From contig OZ316892.1 in NCBI GenBank assembly GCA_973895155.1, forward strand, positions 26,187,233 to 26,251,232: 64,000 nt of DNA, in the 5' to 3' direction. Within the stretch, counting starts at the first letter, position 1; the number at the start of each line of letters is the position of its first letter. The stretch is from Marsupella aquatica (lineage: Eukaryota; Plantae; Marchantiophyta). Both the position numbers and the translations under genes were made by a program. Positions 11,448-25,839 of the stretch are shown here, one piece after another. The notes beneath the pieces were generated by a model. That model ran no database searches. It saw nothing but the letters and a program-made list of their open reading frames with translations, and was not told the origin of the DNA.

Positions 11448-14400
11448 TGGTATCAGAGCCATAATCTAATACCTAGTAGAAGCCAGTCACTATGTCGTCT
11501 GATGTTACCAAAGTCTCATTCCTTGAGAGTGACAAACTAGTGGGTGCTGCATGCGAACTACATGGTTTGGGCATTCCTATCCTTTGTGACAAAGGTCTAT
11601 GGGAAATAGTTTGACCCCTGATTGTTCAGGTAACTTCTCAGACATCACAGGCTGGCCCCGATGCTATGAATGAAGGTGGTACACCTTAGACTGGTGCGAA
11701 TTCATCTAGCACCCTAGTCAGCAGCAGATCTGGATCTCAACCAGCCTCTTAGGCTCAAAGCCAGAAAGACAAAGACCGAGCTATCATCATCATCTCTAAG
11801 ACTGTAAGTGCTCCAATTGTTCCCATTGTCATGCCCCTACATACGAGAAGATCCTGCAAAGCTGTGGGCCACACTCAAGAAAATATGAGTCTGCAGCTCT
11901 TTCACATAAGCTCGCTCTCAAGCTAGTCTGCCCTTGCTACATAAAAAATGTAGGAAGGGACCTCCATTCAGGAATACTTACACAACATCGAATGCCAGGT
12001 TGCTCAGCTTGGCTGCATAGGAGAGTCAGTATTTGATAAAGAACTAATCACAATTGTGCTTTAGTTAGGAATTTTCCCGATAGCTGGTATAACTTTGTTG
12101 CTGATTACCGAGTCATGCTTTCAAAAGAAACCCCATATAGTCTTGCAGATTTGGAGGAGTGCTTTCAAGCAGAAGATGCTCGTTGAAGGGCTCATTCTGA
12201 AGAGCACTCATTCATTGCTACATCATACAAACAACATCCTATTCAGACTACCCGATTCACTCGTGGAAGGGTCGAGGACGCAACACTCATGGGCACCAAA
12301 ATGGACCTGACAGGTGCATCAAACCATGTAGCCACTGTGGGAGACGAGGGCACTTTGAGTCAAACTGCTTCATTAAACATGCTAATACTAGGATGCAGTC
12401 CTTGACAGTCTCTCAGCAACGAGAAATCACCCAACACATAAAAGTTCTCCAAGCCAACAGCTCCAAGGTGTATGCAACTAAAGAAGAACTTGACGACTCA
12501 CGGCAAATACACTACAGGCTCAGATAGTGAGAACAAATCTGGTCTCTCTATGGAGACTATGCTCAGCAAATTTGAACCCAGGGATTCGATCATCAAACCT
12601 GGATCCTAGATAACGGCGCATCTACTCACATGAGTCGTGATGTGAAAAGCTTTTCTACCGTTAGAGGCAATGCCTCTACCTCCAATGTTGTTACTGCTAG
12701 CGGCACAAAAATGCCAGTGTTTGGATCTGGATGTATACCTTTTTCTTGCAATAAAACAATTTCTGATGTTTTGTACATCCCGAGTATCACTCTCTATTGG
12801 AAAGCTTGCCGATCAGGGTCATTATGTGATGTTTGACACTAAGTACAACTACATAATGGAGAATCATAGTCCCAAATAAGTTCTTCTTAGAGGATACCGT
12901 GATCCAGCCAATAAGCTATACAAGCTTCCTGTTCCCGACATTTTGCCGGATTTCCATCTCAGAAGCACATTCATGCTACTGCATCCAAATATCCCTACTC
13001 AATGTCATATGGCCAAAGCTTCCCACTTGGTGGCATGGTGGCATCAATGATTGGGACACTCCAACTACCAGCATATCAGTCACATGACAAAGCACATACT
13101 TGTTCTTGGAGTTCCAATGATATCAACATCAAAGGATCGTTGTGAAATCTGTGTCAAAGTCATTCAAACTCAAAAATGTATTCTAAAAGCAACAATTCAT
13201 CGAGCTACTCAACCATTGCAATTAGTTCATACAGACCTCTACGGCCCACTACCTACTTCCTCTCTTTTTGGTTCTCGGTATTTCATGACGTTCATTGATG
13301 ATTATTCTTGGTACTCCTGGATCTACTTCCTCACATATAAGAGTGAAGCCTTGGAAAATTTTAAATTCTTCAAACTTCAGTCTGAGAAAGCACTAAGCTG
13401 CAAAATTGCTTGTCTTCAAAGTGACAGAGTGGGAGAATACATGTCTGCTCTATTCAACCAATTTTGTCAAGAAAATGGCATCAGGCGACAACTCACAGTT
13501 GTCAAGACTCCTCATCAAACCGGTGTCTGAGAACAAAAAAACCGTACCCTTCTAGACATGGTGCGAAGTATGTCCATTGGATCTAATGCTCCTGCATTTC
13601 TTTGGAAAGGGTACATTTGGGTTGCAAACTTCATCAACAAAAGGTGTAGCACTTGTGCATTGAATTTGGCTACCCCATTTGAATGTATAACCAAAAACAA
13701 ACCAAATGTAGGGCATTTTTGAGTTATAGGCTGTATTGCTTACATTCCTATTCCCAAAGATATGCGGAATAAACTAGAAGAAAAATCTATCAAAACAGCT
13801 GTAGTTGGCTACAATGATCAAAGCAAGGCTTAATATGGATGTTTTGATCCTGCAACTTGAAAAGTCATTATCTCTAGAGATGTAATATTTGAAAAAGTAC
13901 TCTAGGAGACTTCTCATCCTCATCTGTTCACAAGAAACACTTTTCAATCTATTTTATGATGATGATAACATGGAGACACAGTCCCAACCTAACACATCAA
14001 GCCTTGCTATTTACTCTCTTGATGATTTTCTTGATCAAGAGGTCTTGACTCAAGCAACCGTTGATGCTGATCCAAGCTCTCTTGGAGAATTCACGACACC
14101 AATCATTACTCCAGTACCAGAAGAGCAATCTCTACCTTCACCACCGTCAGTGCCTAGGCAAGTTTGCAGGGCTCGCCAATGACTTCTTCAGCGCACCAGG
14201 CCTTCCTTAGGGAGACTCACCTCTCATCCATACAAATACTCTGGTTTTTACGGGACTTATTTTGTTGAAGAGATATGAGAGCTTTGTACAACACTATTGG
14301 AAAACTCTACTACAGACAGTCAGCTTCAACAGGCATTATCAGGCCCTCTCTGGCTTGCTGCCATGCAAACAAAGATGAATGCCCATGACAAGAGCCACAC

Positions 14401-16636
14401 ATGGGATCTTGTACCTCTTCCCTCCGGGGAGAAAGCACTCTTTGCTCGGTGGGTTCTTCAGGAAAAATTGATCATGCAGGCAACAACAAGCTCAAAGCCA
14501 GAGTTGTGGCTCGAGGGAAAGAGCAACGAGAAGGGCTTGACTATGAAGAAACCTTTGCACCAGTGGTAAAGTGGTCCATGGTTTGGATGATTGTAGCTCT
14601 CGCTGCAACCTTTGGATGGAGCTTAACTCACATGGGTGTTGTTATGGCCTTCTTAAATGGAACTCTGAAAGAGACCATTTTCATGCATCAGCCATCGGGG
14701 TTCTCAAAGATTGGTCAAGAAGATCTCGTTTGCAAGCTTTGCAAGACAATATACGGACTCAAACAAAGTCCTCGTGCATGGTATAAGGAAGTAGATTTCT
14801 TCTTGAGGTCCATTGGCTATAAGCGCAACGCTCTGGACCCCAACTTATACATGAAGTAGGAAAATGGTAAAACGATTATTATTCTTCTGTTTGTTGACAA
14901 TTTGTTAATCACTGGAGATGGTCCTAACCCCGGTCCTAACTTGATTGCTTATTTACAACTGCAGCTCAAATCTAAGTACGGGATGAAGTACCTGGGAACC
15001 ATCAAATGCTACCTCAGAATTGACTTCATCGCTACCTAACAAGGCATATTGCTCCATCAAAAGCCCTATACAGATCAACTTGTACTTGACTATGCATGGT
15101 ATGGAGAACTGCCAACCCATAAGCACTCCGCTGCCTGAAAGACTGGAACTCACCTCCGAGCCCACACTCCTAGTGTAGACGTCACTACTTACTATCACTG
15201 GTAGGCAAGCTCATTTACATCACCAATACTAGGCTAGACATTTCATTTTCTGTTGGTCTGGTACGTCGATTCATGACACATCCTCAGAAAGCCCACTTTG
15301 ATGCTCCTATGCATGTTGTTCGGTATATTAGCAGTATAACCGATCTTGGCATATTCTATACACATGGAGTGTCTCTACAACTCCATGGATTTACCAACTC
15401 TTACTGGGGCAACTCCGACGCCGACACAAGAAGTCCACTGGAGGCTACGTCTACCAATTGGCCAAAGGTCCCATAACTTGGAGTAGCAAATGACAACCAA
15501 CAATCTCTCATTCTACCACCAAAGCTAGGTACAAAGCATTGTTTGATGGTGCCAAAGAAGGAGTCTACCTCAATCGTTAATACAGGAACTGCAACAAACC
15601 AACATCCCTTCAACTATCCTCAAGTGCACGAGTCAACAAATTGCCACCGACCTCAACGCAACCTTAATGCCTACTCAATAGGACCTTCACCTCCACTATG
15701 ACAATATGAGTGCCATTAAGCTTGCTAAAAATCCTGTATTCCCTACACACACTAAACACCTGGAAATCCACCATCACTTTGTTCGTGAGCGAGTGCTAGA
15801 GGGGGGGGGGTCATTAGTTTGGCACATCAAGTCTGAAGATCAGACGACAAACATCTTCACAAAAGTTCTTACTAGACACAAATTCGAGAGAAATAGAGCA
15901 CAATTGGGTATGAAATCTATGTTGCACCTACAGTCACTTGGATCTTCGTTCTTATAATGGTGAATACATTGTAATTACTTTCCCAAACAATTGAATCAAC
16001 ATTCCTACTCATCTAGTCTGCTACACCTCAACAAGGTCTACCATTTCACTCACTAGATAAATCTCTGCCTCCTGACGTGTCCAAAAATATTTAAATCGGT
16101 TTCCACTTTATCCCACGAAGTGTATATCCCAAGACGGTGACCACGAGCAATGGCATAGTATCGACGAGGAGGCTCTAGGCAGCTCTTCACCAAATTGTCT
16201 GCATATGCTCAAACCATAGAATAATAATTGTCTTCTCCACTGGAGATTGGTACCGCAGGTGATGCAAGACTGATCGGTCCCTCACCGACTTCACTCATGT
16301 GACCGGTTGCTACACCAAGCATTGCTGTGTCTAAGGCAAGGCCTCTTTGTTGACCTTGGTGCAATGCGCCATGAAGCATTTGTGCAATGCGCCATGAAGC
16401 ATTTGTGCAAAGGAGGAAATGAAGTCCAACATCGCCAACAGCAATACCAGTCCAAACTCACGAAGTGACTTGGCATTCTGATCCATCACAATTTCTGGCT
16501 ATTTGAGACCTTGCCTCCTTGTTAACACTTAAGTTTGGCTTCCGCTCAGGTCATAGATCGACCTACCAGATATGCGTCCATATATCTGGTCTCTGATTAG
16601 ATTGTCTCATCTGAGCAAGATGTGGTCGAGAGGGGG

Positions 16637-16924
16637 TGTTGGAGTTCTATTGTTGTTAGGACATTACGCCCATCTTCTCATGCTCAGATCATTGCACCAA
16701 TTTAGGTGTACTTACTAGCCGTGTATGACACTGTTGTTTTAGCATTAGTAGTATGGGACAAGGTCTGAGCTGGCCCTTGTCACGTTGCATTGACGTTGTG
16801 TGTGATAGATCGTCTCTCTAGGAGCCTATCTCCACTTGGACTCATGCGGGCTGTATGCATGTCTCTCTCATGTATTTATCTCCTTCTCCTCTGCGAGATT
16901 ATCAAGTTGTTTAATACTTCAACA
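16637..16924 (+). repeat. 3' LTR of the Copia element (288 bp)
   Basis: Follows the PPT; about 10% diverged from the 5' LTR by eye count. Confidence 0.93.
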
Positions 16925-16929
16925 GGATG

Positions 16930-17207
16930 AGGCTAGATTTGTTTTCTACCATCTGGTTGTTAGGTGTGAATGTTTCTTGCAAAGGACTTAGGAGGAACAA
17001 AGACTCATTGTTATAGGACAAGGGGAGAGATAGAGAGAGCTCTTGTTGTGAAAATTTGGTATTATAGATCAGCGTAGAGTTCAGTAAAGCTCTCATGTGT
17101 CCTATGGACGTAGATCATGCCGTGAACCACTTATCTCTTGTGTCAATAACATTGTACATAGGATGGTCACATGTGCATGTCGTCTTGAGTGAGGTCTATT
17201 CTCAACA
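16930..17207 (+). mobile_element. 3' part of an older LTR into which the Copia inserted
   Basis: Carries TGGACGTAG...GTGAACCAC and GAGAGATAGAGAGAGCT, shared with the solo LTR at 25507-25839; ends TCAACA. The 5' start is unresolved (left of 11234). Confidence 0.6.
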
Positions 17208-17836
17208 ATTTCCACGGTTTTATCCCGCTCCCTTTTGGAGCACAAGACTACCAGCTGCAAGGGAAAAGGAGCAAGATCGAGATGTCAGGTTGGCATCACC
17301 GTGGCCGGTGAGCTGGTTTTTAGACATTGCTTTGATCCCCACCATTCACATTCTGCTCAAGCCATTGACGTTGGGAGTGCTCTCAGGAATGGGGGCCAAA
17401 CATATACAGAACCCAACTCCTCTTCCCATAGCGGGGAGGAGGCGGCCCCTCACCCTCTATCCCATGGATACCCTAGAAGGTCTCCCATCATCCCAAATGC
17501 CCACTCGCTTCCGCCAGCCATTGATGGTAGGAGTCCCTAGCAGGGGTGGGGGGCCAAACCTACAAGGAACCTGGTTCCTCTTCCCGGTAACAGGGAGGGG
17601 GCAACCCCCTCAAAAAATATCCCATGGAACCCGTAGATGGTCTCCATTCATCCCAAAGGCTTTTGTCCAAACGAATAGACGGAGAAGAGGAAGATAGATG
17701 TTTCGCATTTCGGTCGTCTCTCTGCTTGTCTCTCCGTCCAATTTCGCTGCCGCACCTCAAAGAGATCGAGAGCGAGAGATCGATCGAGAGAGAGAGAGAG
17801 AAAGAGAGAGAGTGGGCGGTTCTCTGGAGGTCAAGA

Positions 17837-18742
17837 ATGGCGGCGTTGTCATGGAAAATTGCGCCATCGAGAATGACGAAGGTGTCGTCGGCCTCCATAG
17901 AAGAGGCTAACCTCCGAGTGCTCGAATTTTTCAGAGAGACGTGCAGGGCGATGCCCAACATCATGGAAATGTATAATTTGGACGAGGTCATCACTACGCC
18001 GCAGCTCCGATCCAAAATCGCCGCGCAATTCCGGAAACACGCCGATATCACCAACCCTAAGGTAGGAACCTCGTCTTACTTTGTGTACATTTTGCTTCTC
18101 TCATCTCCAGTCCAGCTCGCAGGCTAGGGCCTCGATACTCTTGTTAGGTTGGAGGCGAGATATCAATCTTACAGTGAACTTCTTCTCTCGAAAGAGCAGT
18201 ACTGTAATTCAATCTCGTCAGCAGTTCATGGGCCAGTTCATTCTGATAGTGCATTTTTAGTGCAGACAATTTTCACCGACCGCACTTCTTCATGAGCTGG
18301 ATCCTGGTCATCGTTGTCACCTAATAAGTGCAGAAGTTGGGCCATCTACTTAGACAAGTGCTGTAGACAACCTAAATGAACAAACTGCTGAGGAAATTTA
18401 ATGTGGAGAAGATCGAATCTAGAGACAGTATGCTCTAGACAATTTGGGCTGGAGATCGTGTTGTCAGTGTGATTTTCCGTGTGAGCCTTCAATAAATCTT
18501 CAACTTTAGCTAACACCCATTTGTCTGCTGTCCTCAACGTTTGGCAGGTTGTGGATATGCTCGTCTTCAAAGGCAAGGAGGAGTTACAAAATTGTCTTGA
18601 CCATGCCAAACAGCGCCACCATCTTATCAGTACCTACGTTGTTGGTTCAACAGGGATGGTACCAATAAGACAGTTGGGAATCGTTGATCACGGCGAGTCG
18701 CAGTTTCTCAAGAATTTCTTTCAAAGCAACCTGTCCCAATAG
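17837..18742 (+). CDS. NDUFA6: NADH dehydrogenase (complex I) subunit B14, LYR family; exons 17837-18061 and 18548-18742 (139 aa)
   Basis: SIEEANLRVLEFFRETCRAMPNIMEMYNL...FRKHADITNPK|VVDMLVFKGKEEL..HAKQRHH..SQFLKNFF; canonical GT-AG intron. Confidence 0.93.
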
Positions 18743-20073
18743 CTTGCAATGGTCCATTCTTTTCCGCGCTTAGTGTACTCAAGGATCGTCGTATTTGCAG
18801 TGGATTGGAAGAATGGTTTGCAAGGGCTTCCTCTGTACAGCCTATTCTACGATTCGAGTTTGCTTAAGTGTGTGACGTAGAAATTCAAGTTACGTAGTGT
18901 GTGATGACGACAAAAGCACCAAGGGTATCTCTCAGGTTAATAAGTTAGCGTTGGTTGTAATGAGTGGCCCTCCTAACGACAATCTTCAGGAATGCACGCT
19001 CTCACCAGGATTAGCAGAGATTACCTTGCAATGAGACATTTGATATGGGCTACATTGTGGTGTAGGGCTAGCAAAATTTGTACTACCACGCATTCTTTTA
19101 TCCATAATAACGTTGCAAAGCAAACTTCTGAGGAGGCTGGAACTTATGATAACGAGAAAAGTATTGTCGTGCTCGAGAAAACATCGGACTGGAAGAGTTT
19201 AAAGTGGGTAAAAAGTACAGAGTTGTATTGTAAAATAAAAACAGCATGACTTTCAACTACGAACTCCATCATGGTAGTGTGGGCAGGGGGTCACTCGAAG
19301 TGCATACTGTAGGTCTCTTATCACCGGCATGCACTTTTTCATGAGCCCTTGGCTCATAAGGCTTCCCGATGCCAATGTAGCCTTTTTGCTTTTTGATTGA
19401 CACCCCCCTGATATGCCTACTTGAAATAGATTCTTCTCTTCTACAGTCAATCCCGGGTTTAGCCCTGTGTTTACTGCCTCTAAGCCTCTTATCATTTGTA
19501 AACCCTCTTAGTTTGTGGCAGCCTTGTGATGAACTGCAGCAAGTCCAGAAGTAGTGTCCTCGTGTTAGCTTCTCTGTCACTTTTGCTTGTTACTTATCCT
19601 TCCTTGGTCAGCTTCTTTGGGGAAAAGTACTGATGTAATCGTTTTTGCATTTCCCTCCACATCATCCTAATTCCTACAAGCACATTTTACATTGAGTCCA
19701 TCAGATATGCGCCTGTTGTCTCCTAGTGCGACATGTAGCTATCCCATCCGAGTCAAAACAGAACGAAATTTGTTTCCTTTTTGTCACAAATATGTGAACT
19801 CCGCCGCCGTTGCCGAACATTATACAGGACTACACAGGGTCAGATGCCTGTGTATAAGATCTCCCAGCAGGGCAGATCAGGATCACAGAACGGAGACTAT
19901 TCTACTTCCGAGTAGAATTGGTAAACGGCTGCGTTCTTTAACCATGACAAACGAATTGCTAGCCAGATCAAAACTTCGATTCCTTGAGATTCCTGTGGTA
20001 TTCCAGAACGAGATGCTAGAGCCATTGCAATTTAAAAGGAAAGATAATTGAGAATAGAAAGAGGTACAAACTT

Positions 20074-23000
20074 TTATTGTTTCTTCTTTAGTGTCCATCT
20101 GGAGTAGGGCTTATTTTCAATTTGCATTTGTGCAGTATTCTGGGTGGAAGCAGCGGACGGCCCAGGGTCATCCCAAGTAGAAGGTCCACCTACGCCAATT
20201 TCTAATTCCTTTGTGAAGATTGCAGCAACCTTCCTTGTAGTCCCACCCAACGGCCTACCTTTTCCTACATCTAATACAGATACCACACCAGAGTCATCCT
20301 TTCTCTTTTTCTGTGGCCTGCCAACCTTCACCCCTCCGTTTTCCAGATCAATGACTCCAGTTTTCGGTAGATCCTCCAACTCTGGAGCGGAAATGAGACT
20401 AACAAATGGAACATCTTTGCTGTCATCTCCTGCTTCTGATTCTTCGATATTCCTCGTCACCTTCGTGGTGGACTTTGTTTCAGATCCTTTTTCATGACCT
20501 TCAGAATTTCTGATGTCTCGGCCTGATTTTCTGTCGTTAGTTGAGTTCAAATCCATCCTTATGGACTTCTTGGCCTTGTTCTTGTGTAGATCTTGTAAAG
20601 GATGGCCATCTAATGTTTGTAGGTGAGGAAGTCGTTTTACCACCTGAAACAAAACCAGTGAAACAGGGCTAAATCGACTCGCTTCGACGCAATAAAGCAT
20701 GACTTGACGATCAATACGCAGCAGTACAGCAGAATACAAAAACAATTCCGTGGAGCTGCTGTTTCAGGCATATAAGAAACGCGTAGGTAATGGTCCCAGA
20801 GAACCGCTTATTTAAGAAAGTGCTGCACCGGTGATTTTTTATGACTTCTGCGTCAGATAAAAATAGAAACTCCCAACGAACATCAGTCAACGTACCTCTT
20901 CCTCATAATCATCGTCTGTACAGAGAGGGTTACCCCGCAAATTGAGATTGATTAGAGTGTGCAAGGAACCCAAGACCTGCACATAAAGGGTGGACGTGGA
21001 CAAAACTTTAGAGGTCACACAACTTATGCCCTTTTGTGTATATAAAGCTTTAGATTATCTCACATACTCTTCTTCCGATCTGACAAATGATGAGAGTCTG
21101 ACACAAGAATGTCAGAAGGCAAGAGAGGGCGATCAAATTAGACGCAACTGGGCTCATTTGTCTCACCTGTATGTCTGACCAGGTCCGCAAGTGATTGGTT
21201 CCAACATCCAGAATAGATAGTCGCCCATTTCGTTCAAGCTCCAGTGGAAGAGACTGTCCCTCACATGGTTCAAGACATCAGTCATCTCAACGGAGCATAA
21301 CAGGTCATCTAAATTCTGTTACTGGGTAAAGAGATTTTAGCTCAGCAATTGTTTCCTAAATGGAATAAAGTCAAGACCAATGCACTATTCCAGCAAGATT
21401 GTTTCCAGCTGCCACATACACTTACATATCCTATTTCTCACAGAAATGCAAATGCTGTACCATGGATGTTCCTTTTCCTCACAGAGATGGGTTTTTCGGA
21501 TCGTTACTATCTACCGTTATAAACAGATTTCCGTGCACCCAGTCTTCACAGATACTAGTCGTTAACATCACTCTTATTACGAGGAAGGCAATTCGCTGAC
21601 AGGTGAATTATTGTTAACAATTCGTTGACAGGTGAACTATTGTTAACATACCGACAACTGATTGTGTGCCAAACGAAGCTCTTCCAGTGCCACACAGCGT
21701 TTCAGAGAAGTTCCCAAAACTTGCACTTGGCAATGTGACAATGACAGCTGTTCCCAGTCCACAGAAAATTCATGTCAGAGAAGAACTGGAACCATCTCCG
21801 TTAAGACCATAGAAAGACAAGAGACAAAATTCACTGCAAAGCCTCCAAGATTCCAATGGGGTAAATGTACTGGGAAGCGATCACAATAATTTCTTTGACA
21901 AGGCCAAGTAACAACCTTTTTAAGAGACAGAAGCTTAGAGGCGAAGTTTCCCAGGTTGCGTATTGGATTGCGAGAGAGCACTGACACCACACAAAGTCGA
22001 AGGCTAAGATAATAGCATAGACAGCAGTTTGAAAGAGACCATTTCACTCATACTACCACCAATTTCAAGATAAACCGTAAATCCACCAAATACAACGCAT
22101 GAACAATCAGAAAATTTTGTGTGATAAGAGGCAAACCAATGGTATTCAGGTTCACCAGACGATCAAGGCGGCAGACTGTATCTATTTCATTGTCTGCAAA
22201 AAATTCGTCAGAATAAATTCTCTTTCTTTCAATTATTATCTAAATCAAAATAAAAGAAGGAGAACAATTTGATGGAGTTGAAAGGAGATCCCACTGAAAC
22301 TATACCATTCAGTATTACTGCTCGAAGTTCGGTGAGGACTGCGACCTCATTGAAGGAAGTCAACTGGTTCCGGCTGGCATTTAGTACCTTCGCAGGAATT
22401 CACATCGACCAGAAACGCCGGACGAAAAGTTAGATTCATAAAACCTTGAGAGAAAGCACAAAAATAAGGAAAAAAACTCATAACCATCTAACTTACAATT
22501 TGAATAAAATCCCCAAGAGAGGGGATCATGAACGGTCATAGATAAACTGTGACAGAAGATTTCTAAAATCTACAACACGACGTCGTTCATGTGGGGCAGA
22601 GGACAGATGTTCTTACTGTGAGCTTTCTAAGATTCTCCACTCCTTTCAGACTTTTGAGTTGATTGCCAGCAACGGACAGCCATTGCAAGTTCGTACACAA
22701 AGTGATACCCTATTTTCCACATATGTCAACATCATCAGTATGGCTGGAATTGTTGACCACCAGCCAACCGAGAATATGAACACTCTCAATTTCTTACAGT
22801 CAGAATCTTTGTTGAAAAGAAAGCATTTGAAAGTAGAGGCAATCGGTTAATGTAATACCATTATGGTAATTCTGTTCCAAAAATAAATTAAAAATTATAG
22901 GCAATCCAGTGAACTTGGAGAGTCCAATATGTGCAATGCAAAACTGGAACCAATGAATCTTCTTCTTTGAGAATGCATCTGTGAGGCAACCACATTAAAA

Positions 23001-23828
23001 AAACGATCCAGGTTCAAACTACCCAGTTTGAATCTGTGAGTCAACAATGATGAACAGAGGACAAACCTAGATACAAATCTTGCGAGAGGAGAAAGATTCA
23101 GAGGTAGGACAACATCTACTTGATCAACACTGAAGCTACTGAGCGCACAATACCTCAAGCGTTGAGATTCGGTTGTCACTGAGATCAAGTCTTGTCAATC
23201 GCTCACAAACCTCCAACCCCACCAGCTGAATAAACAAGCATTGGATGCGAGTTCAAGACGTAAGATGTTTTAAATATTCTGAATTTTGGACTTACGTTTG
23301 CTTCTCAAATGCCAAGTTTCATAATGTCAAGGTGCACAAATTGCAATTTGTTAAAAACAATTCTGTTGTGAGTTTCACCTACTAACAAAGTCGACCAGAA
23401 TTTGCAGGAAACGCTCAGTAGGACTGATAACCCCTTGAAGACCAGGACTGAAAAAGCGAGGCTAAAACTAACTACAAGAAGTCTTCAATCTCTGTACACG
23501 ATGCAACCGTGGAGATTCAAGAAGTTGCCAGAGGAAATCAAGAAGAATGTCCACCTCCAATCTCCAGCCAGCATACTAAGGCCACCCCACTCATTTCGAC
23601 AGAATCACAGAAACTGCGTGCAAATTTATACACAATTCCAACACTAGAGAGCTGACGGTAACGGACAAGTTTTTCTTTTGGTATCAGTACAAGGGTAAGG
23701 TTTAGGGTTTGCGAACAGATTCCCGTTACCTGATCGAGATCACGGCGCGGCACTATCAGAGAGGTGATGGTGGTGATGTCGGCGCCATCGTGGATGGCCG
23801 AAATTAGAGCTGCCGTGAGCCGCACCAT
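20074..23828 (-). CDS. SDS22-like leucine-rich repeat protein with LRRcap and a charged C-terminal tail (multi-exon)
   Basis: Exons encode LTRLDLSDNRISTLE, LSRNPIRNLG, LAHNQLS, LINLNLRGNPLC and LPHLQTLDG (LRRcap). The tail has SGVVSV and GVGGPSTWD. ATG at 23828, stop at 20074. Confidence 0.85.
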
Positions 23829-25185
23829 ATCTCACTCCCACTCTGGATTCACCAGCCCACCTTTGAGCTGCCCTGGCCTCACCTCACCTCACCTCATCGC
23901 AGCTCATCTCATCTCGTCTAGTCTCCTCTCATGTGGTTCCTGCATCTTTCTGCTCTCATAGCTCGTGCTTGAGGCGACGAGGACCAGACGAAGGGTTTAA
24001 CGCCTGCTCCTCACTGTGTCCTCGAGGGTTTAAGGGGGTATTTTCACGAAGCACAGCTACTGTAGTATTTTTATTTTCTGAGATGTTTTACAGTAGTCTA
24101 GAAAAAGTTGCCTAACGCCCGTCCTTTGACATCAATTCAGTAATTGGTGAGAATGAACAGCACAGGTGTTTCCTATCCTATCTCTCACACTAGTACATCA
24201 ATAGTAACCTGCTCCTCCGAATGTTCTTCAAAAAGAAAATTGAAAAAATTAACTAAACTCTATATAAAATCTTGACACTTATTCATGCATGACGGGTCAG
24301 ATACTAAAATCACTGAAGACCAGACAAGACAAGAATGGGGCAAAACACAATTTTTTTAAAGATGTTCTAAAATATAGATAATTTTACCTTATTTAAATCT
24401 GTGAACCCTTGATTTGTTATGGTTAAGATCCACTTATTTAGTCCAACACATCTTAATGACCTGTAGAGGATATGAGCCAGAAGAAGAACATTCTTTGCCT
24501 TATTGCACCAGCTCAGATCCCCCACAGGTATTCAACCCTTCACATGTACACTTTCATGTTATGAATATTTCAAGAGTTTCTCCATTGTGCTGTTTATTTG
24601 ATTTAGGATGTGGTAAGGATGAATGCTCATGTTCCGCACTTGTGTGCTGCTTAGTCTGAGCTGTCAGATTTCTTACACACAAGACCAACCCCCAATGTCG
24701 ACTACAGGAGAGGGTACTATGGTTTGGGTTGAAGACATCTACAAGTTATCCAAGGACCAACCTTAACCAACATTACAAAAAAGTCACAATGTAATAATTA
24801 AACTAAAAACAGAGTCAATGTATATCTTTTAATAAAGCATGGCAATGTAGGAAATCTCAGTAACAAGAAATCCCATTAATTTCTCTCCCCGGCCCGCCCG
24901 ATCATAGATTTGTATCCAAGCCTGGCTAGATTCATGGCCTGGAGGCTTCACTTTAGACAATAGCCTTTATCTAGTCTCTTTGCGCTCATATTGTAAGATT
25001 GTCACCCTTTTGGCCTGAATTGCCAACCCAACACTCTTTTAATCTTATTGACTAATCTGTCAAAGAATAATGAAAGTCAATTGTAGTTTGCTTCAAATGA
25101 TACAAGATAAGTTAAATAAACAAGCTATTCAAAACCTATACCTATCCTAGCCTTATACTTAATACCTTGCCCACTTACTTACTTG

Positions 25186-25482
25186 CTCGGGGGTCTCACT
25201 ATATGGGGACCTCCCCATCGCCTGCGATGTTTTTAGGCCTCGGACCCCCTAAAATGTAAGAATTTATTTTTATTTTTTAACCCCTATAAATTTGGAATAT
25301 TCTTGGAATATTCTAAAAATTGGATTAAAAAGACCCTAATGTTCTTATAAGTCTCAAAATTGAATTTAAAAGATCGTATTGTTCTTCTACAAAAATTCTT
25401 AAGTCTTCCTTTAGAACCAATAAAATGACCCTATCCTTCGTCACACGTGATATGCCATTTTTGTGGAAGTGAAACCCCCTTG
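25186..25482. mobile_element. hAT-like MITE (297 bp)
   Basis: Imperfect TIRs CTCGGGGGTCTCAC / GTGAAACCCCCTTG; 8-bp TSD CTTACTTG / TTTACTTG (7/8 match). Confidence 0.6.
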
Positions 25483-25506
25483 TTTACTTGTTGGCTGGCT
25501 GGGTAT

Positions 25507-25839
25507 TGTTAGGATTTACTCTTAGGTCTAGAGTTACGACTGTACCGTAGTTAAGGCTAACCTTAGTTGTAGACTTGGTTAGGTTAGTCATGTTGTGCAC
25601 ACTCTATAACCAAGCGGTGTTTGCTTGGTGAGGGGGAACTTAGGCTCATTGTTACAGAGCTAGTTGAGAGATAGAGAGAGCTTGCGCTGTGGATGCTTGG
25701 TATAGCCGGTCGGCCTAGAGTGCAGTAAAGCTCATGTGTGTTCCCGTGGACATAGCCTCATGTGGAGGTGAACCACGTATCTCTCTATGTCGACTCTTGT
25801 GCGTTGGATGGTTCATGGGCTTGTCGTCTATGCTCAAAA
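25507..25839 (+). mobile_element. Solo LTR (Copia-like)
   Basis: Starts TGTTAG and ends CTCAAAA (degenerate CTCAACA); 5-bp TSD GGTAT on both sides; CCCGTGGACATAG...GTGAACCACG motif. Confidence 0.8.

Larger units (their letters stand above)
11239..16924 (+). mobile_element. Full-length but decayed Ty1/Copia LTR retrotransposon
   Basis: TG..CA LTRs at 11239-11447 and 16637-16924; TSD GGATG on both sides; PBS TGGTATCAGAGC at 11448; PPT GAGAGGGGG. Domain order: gag knuckle CSHCGRRGHFESNC, PR WILDNGASTHM, IN HTDLYGP/FIDDYS, RT LKQSPRAW, RH HTKHLEIHHHFVRE. Many stops and frameshifts. Confidence 0.97.

Noticed and set aside
19270-19600. HYFWTC resembling a LINE C-terminal zinc finger
   Set aside because: Too short and degenerate to support a call.
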